Translations under genes and position numbers: made by a program
Notes under the pieces: generated by a model
What the model saw: only the letters and a program-made list of their open reading frames with translations
Told to the model about the DNA's origin: nothing
Database searches by the model: none
Part shown: in pieces, positions 58,650-64,000 of the stretch
Position numbering within the stretch: position 1 is the stretch's first letter
Layout of the letters: each line of letters begins with the position of its first letter
Origin: Candidatus Latescibacterota bacterium
Lineage (GTDB): Bacteria > Latescibacterota > UBA2968 > GCA-2709665
Reading direction: 5' to 3'
Length of the DNA stretch: 64,000 nt
Assembly (NCBI GenBank): GCA_965248435.1
Contig: OZ252100.1
Location: forward strand, 2,848,001 to 2,912,000

Positions 58650-59045
58650 ATGTCCGAGCATTTTACCCAAGTCAAGGAGTTCCTTCAGGATCTCGACCTT
58701 GCCATCGAGGAAGAGATTGAGGCGGAGCATCTGGTCGTCGTCAGCGACGAAGACCGGGGGATTCACAAACTGATCGTCGACTGTGAAGAACCGATCCTCA
58801 TCCTCGAACAGGCCATCATGCCGGTGCCTTCAGGAGGTACCGATATCTACCGGCGACTGCTCGAGATCAATCGCACACTCATTCACGGTGCCTTCGCCAT
58901 CGATGAAGAGACGAATACGATCCTCTTCAGAGATACGCTTCGCCTGGACACCCTCGATCGGGGCGAAATCGAAGGCACGATAAACGCCCTCGGCCTCGCA
59001 CTGGCCGAAAACGCCCAAGAGCTACTCAGCTTCAGTAACCAATAG
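58650..59045 (+). CDS. YbjN/CesT-like chaperone-fold protein
   Basis: LIVDCEEPILILEQ...RLLEINRTLIHGAFAID...FRDTL; precedes pspA. Confidence 0.8.
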   Translation: MSEHFTQVKEFLQDLDLAIEEEIEAEHLVVVSDEDRGIHKLIVDCEEPILILEQAIMPVPSGGTDIYRRLLEINRTLIHGAFAIDEETNTILFRDTLRLDTLDRGEIEGTINALGLALAENAQELLSFSNQ

Positions 59046-59055
59046 GAGTTTTGTT

Positions 59056-59757
59056 ATGGGAATCTTTCAGAGGGTCTTTCGCGTGGGAAAGGCCGAAGTC
59101 CATTCTGCAATCGATAAGTTTGAAGACCCCATCAGAATGACCGAACAGGGGATTCGGGATCTGAAGAAAGACCTGAATATCGCCATGACCAGCCTGGCCG
59201 ATGTGAAGAGTCAGGCCATCCGTCTCAAGAAACAGATGGAAGATAACAAGAAGGCAGCTGCAGATTATGAGCGAAAGGCCATGCTTCTTCTGCAGAAGGC
59301 CCAGAACGGGGACCTTGAGGCATCCGAAGCCGACCGCCTGGCAACCGAAGCGCTCAGCCGCAAAGAGGAATCTACGAATCGCGCGGCGACCCTCACGCAG
59401 GATCATCAGCAGACGGAATCGACAGCAACGCAGCTGCAGGCCCAGGTGGAAAAGCTGAAGTCGACGATCGCCAGTTACGAAAACGACTTGGTCACGCTTC
59501 GTGCCAGGGCGCGAACCGCCGCTGCTACCAAGAAAATCAACCGCCAGCTCGCCAAAGTCGACTCGTCCGGTACGATGTCGATGCTCGAAAGAATGAAAGA
59601 ACGAGTCGAAGCGGATGAATCCCTTTCTCAGGCCTACGGAGAAATGGCGGCGGCCTCCCAGAGTGTGGATCAGGAAATCGATGCCGTATTGAAGGACAAG
59701 GGCGGTTCGGGAAACAAACTGGCGGAGCTCAAGGCCAAGATGGGGATGCAGTCTTAG
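59056..59757 (+). CDS. pspA: PspA/IM30 family protein
   Basis: MGIFQRVFR...IDKFEDPIRMTEQGIRDL; long coiled coil; LAELKAKMG. Confidence 0.92.
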   Translation: MGIFQRVFRVGKAEVHSAIDKFEDPIRMTEQGIRDLKKDLNIAMTSLADVKSQAIRLKKQMEDNKKAAADYERKAMLLLQKAQNGDLEASEADRLATEALSRKEESTNRAATLTQDHQQTESTATQLQAQVEKLKSTIASYENDLVTLRARARTAAATKKINRQLAKVDSSGTMSMLERMKERVEADESLSQAYGEMAAASQSVDQEIDAVLKDKGGSGNKLAELKAKMGMQS

Positions 59758-59763
59758 TTCGAC

Positions 59764-60306
59764 ATGCCCTGGAATCCATTCAAGAAAAAGAACGCCGAAC
59801 CCGAATTCGACCCGCTCAGGGATCTGACCCTGTCGGACTTGAAACCGGGCTATCTGCTCGACTATGACCTAAAGACCTGGAGCGTCACAGCGCAGAATCG
59901 CTACGATATCGACGGTGACAGCGTCGATGAGTGGCAGTTGAGCTCCGGTAGTGAAGTACGCTACCTGGAACGCGAGGAGGACGATACGGTCAGCTGGACT
60001 CTATCTCGAAAGGTCCCTTTGGCCGATGTCGACACCGGACTGCAAGCCCACCTGAAAGAGAACGACGACCCGCCCGAGTCGATCGCGTTCGAAGGGACAG
60101 AATACGAGGGGGAGTCGACCGCAGCCGGCAAGTTCTACAAAGGCGGAGAGGGTTCGGGACAGGAATTTATCGTCTGGGACTATGTCGACGCGTCAGGCAG
60201 CCTCAGTCTCACGCTCGAGCAATGGGGGGAAGACGAATACGAAGCCTCGGTGGGCGAAAGCGTCGAAGAATATCAATTTAGCAATATCCTCCCATCTGGC
60301 GGATAA
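59764..60306 (+). CDS. DUF4178-like protein
   Basis: DLKPGYLLDYDLKTW...EW...WDY...LEQWGEDEYEASVG; typical neighbour of this PspA clade. Confidence 0.75.
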   Translation: MPWNPFKKKNAEPEFDPLRDLTLSDLKPGYLLDYDLKTWSVTAQNRYDIDGDSVDEWQLSSGSEVRYLEREEDDTVSWTLSRKVPLADVDTGLQAHLKENDDPPESIAFEGTEYEGESTAAGKFYKGGEGSGQEFIVWDYVDASGSLSLTLEQWGEDEYEASVGESVEEYQFSNILPSGG

Positions 60307-60315
60307 ACGCAATAT

Positions 60316-60492
60316 AATTGCGGATTTGGGATTGACTATTCCAGGGTTTTTTCTACCCCATTCGAATCGTCCATAATTTTCCTGTTTTGCTTTTGAATCC
60401 GCAACCCCGCTCCGCAATCGACTCACCTCACCATCCGCTTCTTTTGCCAAAGCCATGCCGCGCCCTCATTCCGAAATCCCCAATCCGCAATT
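60316..60492. repeat. Inverted-repeat element of AATCCGC-type 7-mers
   Basis: aattgcggatttgggatt (60316-33) / aatccccaatccgcaatt (60475-92), 17 of 18 match. Confidence 0.75.
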
Positions 60493-60512
60493 GAACAACG
60501 ATCTACCGGCTC

Positions 60513-62096
60513 CTAAAATCCCCATTCAGCCATCCTGTAGTAGCGATCGACCACTGGCGCAAACTCTCTGTTGACCGCGACCTCGGATGCCTCGTCGAAC
60601 ATCCCTTTCCAAAAATGCAGCATCCCAACCATGGCCTCCCTGTTCAGGAACCGGGTCTCCACGCCCGAGAAGTCGATCTGCTCAGCATGCCGCCTCAGCT
60701 GTTCCCCCGAGATGACCTCGGCCTTCCTGCCAATGTTCCAACCCCACTCCCCCATCGTCGGTATCGCATTGTGATAGGGCAACACGGCAAACCCCGCGGC
60801 CTCCATCGTCCGGCGCACGCAGAGAAAGACCTCCTGCACGTGTAAGGGACTGGAGCTCTGCGTGACTACAACGCCGTTCTGCGACAGGTGCTGTTTGCAG
60901 ATCCCGTAAAACTCCTTCGAATAGAGCCTCGCCAGATCGGGTCCCTTCGGATCCGGCAGATCGATCAGGATCACATCATACATCTCTGCTGATGCCTCCA
61001 GATATCGCCCCGCATCCTGATTCAGGATCTTCACCCTCGAGTCGTTCATCGACCCCTCATTCGCATCCAGAAAGGCGGGGTGCGTCTGACCCAGCCGGGT
61101 GACGGCCGGATCCAGATCCACAACCGTTACCCGCTTCACATCAGGATACTTCAGCACTTCCCGCGCCGCCAGCCCATCACCGCCCCCAAGAATCAGCACC
61201 CGTTCTCGCGAACTCGCCAGCTGCATCGCAGGGTGAACGAGCGGCTCGTGGTAGCGCTCCTCGTCATACGTGCTGAACTGCACGGAGCCATTCAGGTAAA
61301 GCCAATGATATCCCTTCCACTCGGTGATCACGATCCGCTGATACGGCGTCTGCGCCTCGTAGATGATCCGGTCCTTGTACCTGCTCTGCTCCCCGAACAG
61401 CATTATAGGTCGGATCAGGACTGTGAGTGCGGCCAGCCCGATGCCCACGCACCAGAACCCCGCGATCAGGAAGGCGGGTCGCCTGAGCAGCGCCCGATAT
61501 CGCCACAACAGCACCGATGCCACACAGAAATTCACGGCCCCCAGCACAAGTGGCGTGTAGGTCAGTCCCAGTTTCGGCAGGGCAACGAAGGCGAACAGGA
61601 GCCCCCCAAGCAGGGCGCCATAGTAGTCCTTCTCCATCACCGAGGCGATGTTTGTCCGAAGCGCCTCGTAGGCCTCGTTCATCCGAGCCACGAGCGGAAT
61701 CTCTACACCGATCAGAATCCCGATCGCAATGGCGTAGAAATAGATAACGGCGCCTGCCTGCCCGATCAGCGCCGTTCCGAAATAGGCAGCTGCCGCACAC
61801 GTGGCACAGAGTGCGGACAGCGTGAACTCCACCGCGATGAATCGATCCAGCAGGGCCGCCTTCACGTGCCGACTCAACCGACTCCCCAGCCCCATCGAAA
61901 ACAACATCAGGGACATCACGAGCGTCCACTGAAGCGTCGTGTTGCCCAGAAGGTAGCTGGCCAGCGTCGACAGCACGAACTCGGCCACGATCCCGGCCAG
62001 TCCCGTCGCGAACAGACACGCCTTTAAAAGGTAGCCGTGCCCCGACTTCCTGGTGCTTTCCGGACCCGACTCACTCCGGGTCAGTGGCACTTGCAC
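60513..62096 (-). CDS. Membrane-anchored polyamine aminopropyltransferase (spermidine-synthase-like)
   Basis: About 7 TM N-terminus; QTPYQ, QFSTYDEERYHEPLVHP, LGGGDGLAAREVLK, DLPDP, LYSKEFY. Confidence 0.92.
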   Translation of the reverse strand: MQVPLTRSESGPESTRKSGHGYLLKACLFATGLAGIVAEFVLSTLASYLLGNTTLQWTLVMSLMLFSMGLGSRLSRHVKAALLDRFIAVEFTLSALCATCAAAAYFGTALIGQAGAVIYFYAIAIGILIGVEIPLVARMNEAYEALRTNIASVMEKDYYGALLGGLLFAFVALPKLGLTYTPLVLGAVNFCVASVLLWRYRALLRRPAFLIAGFWCVGIGLAALTVLIRPIMLFGEQSRYKDRIIYEAQTPYQRIVITEWKGYHWLYLNGSVQFSTYDEERYHEPLVHPAMQLASSRERVLILGGGDGLAAREVLKYPDVKRVTVVDLDPAVTRLGQTHPAFLDANEGSMNDSRVKILNQDAGRYLEASAEMYDVILIDLPDPKGPDLARLYSKEFYGICKQHLSQNGVVVTQSSSPLHVQEVFLCVRRTMEAAGFAVLPYHNAIPTMGEWGWNIGRKAEVISGEQLRRHAEQIDFSGVETRFLNREAMVGMLHFWKGMFDEASEVAVNREFAPVVDRYYRMAEWGF

Positions 62097-62881
62097 GTAT
62101 ATCCCCCATCCACCACCAGCTCCGCCCCGGTGATATACTTCGCCTCATCCGAGGCCAGGAAGAGTGAGGCATAGGCCACGTCCCACGCATCCCCCATCTT
62201 TCCGGTCGGACACTGGGCGTCCCGAATCCTGATCGTCTCCTCTACGTCCCCATCCGAGTAGAAGTCTGAAAGCAGCTTGTGGACCAGCGGGGTGTTCATC
62301 AGACCCGGCAGGACCGTATTCGCGCGGATGTTCTGTTGCGCGTACTGGATCGCGATGCTCTGCGTGAACTGTCTGATCGCCCCCTTTGTCGAAGCGTAAG
62401 AGATGTAAGGCACCCCCAGCCAACGGATGCCCGCGATGGAAGAAATGTTCACGATGGCCCCACTCCCCTGTTTTTCCATGTGGGGAAGCACGTATTTACA
62501 CGTCAAAAACATGCTCTTTAAATTGACGTCGATGACTCGGTCCCAGCTCTCTTCATCCGTTTCAACCGGCCCCCCGACGTCCAGAATGCCCACGTTGTTG
62601 TGAAGGATGTCGACGCGGCCGTAAACCTCTATACAGCGATCCACAAAGGACTTCACCTCGTCCGAGATCGATACATCGGCCTGGAGGACCGTGCATTCTC
62701 CCCCCTCCCCGTCGATAATCCCCTTTGTCTCCTCAGCAGCTTCGAGGTTGATGTCCACGCCGAAGATCTTGGCCCCCTCCCTCGCGAAGTGGACAGCAGT
62801 CGCCTTTCCGTTTCCCCATCCCGGCCCGATCGACCCGATCCCCGTCACAACAGCAACTTTGTATTTCAGGCGATCACCCAT
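62081..62881 (-). CDS. Short-chain dehydrogenase/reductase
   Basis: TG...GWGNG, NNVGI, NISS, YASTK, DGG. Confidence 0.92.
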   Translation of the reverse strand: MGDRLKYKVAVVTGIGSIGPGWGNGKATAVHFAREGAKIFGVDINLEAAEETKGIIDGEGGECTVLQADVSISDEVKSFVDRCIEVYGRVDILHNNVGILDVGGPVETDEESWDRVIDVNLKSMFLTCKYVLPHMEKQGSGAIVNISSIAGIRWLGVPYISYASTKGAIRQFTQSIAIQYAQQNIRANTVLPGLMNTPLVHKLLSDFYSDGDVEETIRIRDAQCPTGKMGDAWDVAYASLFLASDEAKYITGAELVVDGGYTCKCH

Positions 62882-62906
62882 GTTTGATCCTTTCTCTTCG
62901 AGTGTC

Positions 62907-63998
62907 CTAGCTCGGTCGGTCCTGACCAAGCCGCTGTCTCAATTCCGTCTTCAGAATCTTACCATAGTTGTTCTTCGGGAGATCATCAACGAAGAGGTAG
63001 GCCCTTGGCCGCTTGAATCTCGCGATATGATCCAGGCAGAGCGCATCCAGTTCGCTCTCCAGGCCCTGATTGTCCGCGCCCTTTACAACGAAAGCGACGA
63101 CCTCTTCCCCCCACTCGTCGTGAGGGCGTCCGATGACCGAAACCTCGCTCACATCTTCGTGAAGGAGCAGCACCTCCTCCACCTCCCGGGGATAAATGTT
63201 CGCGCCTCCGCTGATAATCAGATCGTTCGATCGATCCTTAAGCGTGAGAAACCCGTCCTCGTCGAAGGCGCCGAGGTCCCCTGTGTGCAGCCAGCCCTCT
63301 CTTAGCGACTTCGCGGTCGCCTCCGGGTTCTCCCAGTAGCCGTTCATTACCGAATCTCCCCTCACCACAACCTCGCCGATCTCTCCTGCAGGCAGGGGAT
63401 GATCCTCTTCGTCCACCACACGCACTTCCACCACGGTGTGCGCCACCCCCACCGATGCGAGACGCTCCAAATAACGCGGATGATCACTCTCGGTGTGATG
63501 GGCCTTTGATAAAAAGGTGATCGTCATCGGGGTCTCACCCTGCCCATAGACCTGTGCGAGTTTATGGTTACCAAAGGCCGCCATCGCCTGCTTCAGGTCC
63601 GCGACGTACATGGGACCGCCACCGTAGACGATCGTCTTCAAATTGCTTGTGTCTGCACTTCTGCTGTTCGGGTGATCGACCAGGCGCTTCACGATCGTAG
63701 GGGCGGCGAAAAAAGAGACATCTTGATGTTTGGGAATCAGCTCGAGGACTTCCCCCGGGTCGAACCGTCCGCTTTCGGGGATCACCTGCTTTGCGGCCGC
63801 AGCGACGTGGATCGAATTGTAGAGCCCGGACCCGTGAGACATCGGGGCGGCGTGGAACAGGCTGTCACCGGGTGAAACAGAGTCCAGATCCACAAAATAG
63901 CTCAGCGTCATGGCAAGGAGATTCCGGTGGCAAAGCGTCGCTCCTTTGGGCCGACCCGTCGTCCCGCTTGTGTAGAAAAGCCAGGCCGGCGACTCGAT
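62907..63998 (-). CDS. AMP-binding acyl-CoA synthetase, C-terminal part; start lies outside the window
   Basis: WLFYTSGTTGRPKGA (translated at the edge), YGQGE, TGDLG, ISGGANIYP, PKNNYGK. Confidence 0.92.
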   Translation of the reverse strand: MESPAWLFYTSGTTGRPKGATLCHRNLLAMTLSYFVDLDSVSPGDSLFHAAPMSHGSGLYNSIHVAAAAKQVIPESGRFDPGEVLELIPKHQDVSFFAAPTIVKRLVDHPNSRSADTSNLKTIVYGGGPMYVADLKQAMAAFGNHKLAQVYGQGETPMTITFLSKAHHTESDHPRYLERLASVGVAHTVVEVRVVDEEDHPLPAGEIGEVVVRGDSVMNGYWENPEATAKSLREGWLHTGDLGAFDEDGFLTLKDRSNDLIISGGANIYPREVEEVLLLHEDVSEVSVIGRPHDEWGEEVVAFVVKGADNQGLESELDALCLDHIARFKRPRAYLFVDDLPKNNYGKILKTELRQRLGQDRPS

Positions 63999-64000
63999 AC

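Overview
About 60 CDSs from a GC-rich bacterium. PorV-like barrels, DUF5683, DUF3098 and many TauD and sugar TIM-barrel genes suggest the FCB group, possibly Latescibacterota-like (inference only). Left end (1-11.2 kb): the start of a LEPR-XLL protein missed by the ORF track, five kinase-less response regulators, a ClC transporter and a FapA-REC-FapA-like operon. 11.2-24.8 kb: an integrase-free stack of islets marked by one intact tRNA-Val(UAC) and three decaying copies of its 3' end. Middle: core genes (rplS, trmD, rimM, rpsP, ffh, rpe, kdgK-eda-ROK kinase, fmt, yajC, tgt, tdh, recJ, fabI). Right end: ybjN-pspA-DUF4178 facing a membrane aminopropyltransferase. Best leads: (1) a non-coding locus at 56.36-56.77 kb with three sigma-28-type promoters, a folded ~160-nt RNA and a GGA-rich antisense partner; (2) a GxxExxY nuclease gene enclosed by inverted repeats, with related empty 7/9-mer repeat elements across the window; (3) the tRNA-Val islet stack; (4) tgt with no canonical start codon; (5) a CDS stop codon inside the tRNA; (6) attenuator-like leaders before tdh and the LEPR-XLL gene. 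All calls come from reading the sequence by eye; no searches were run.
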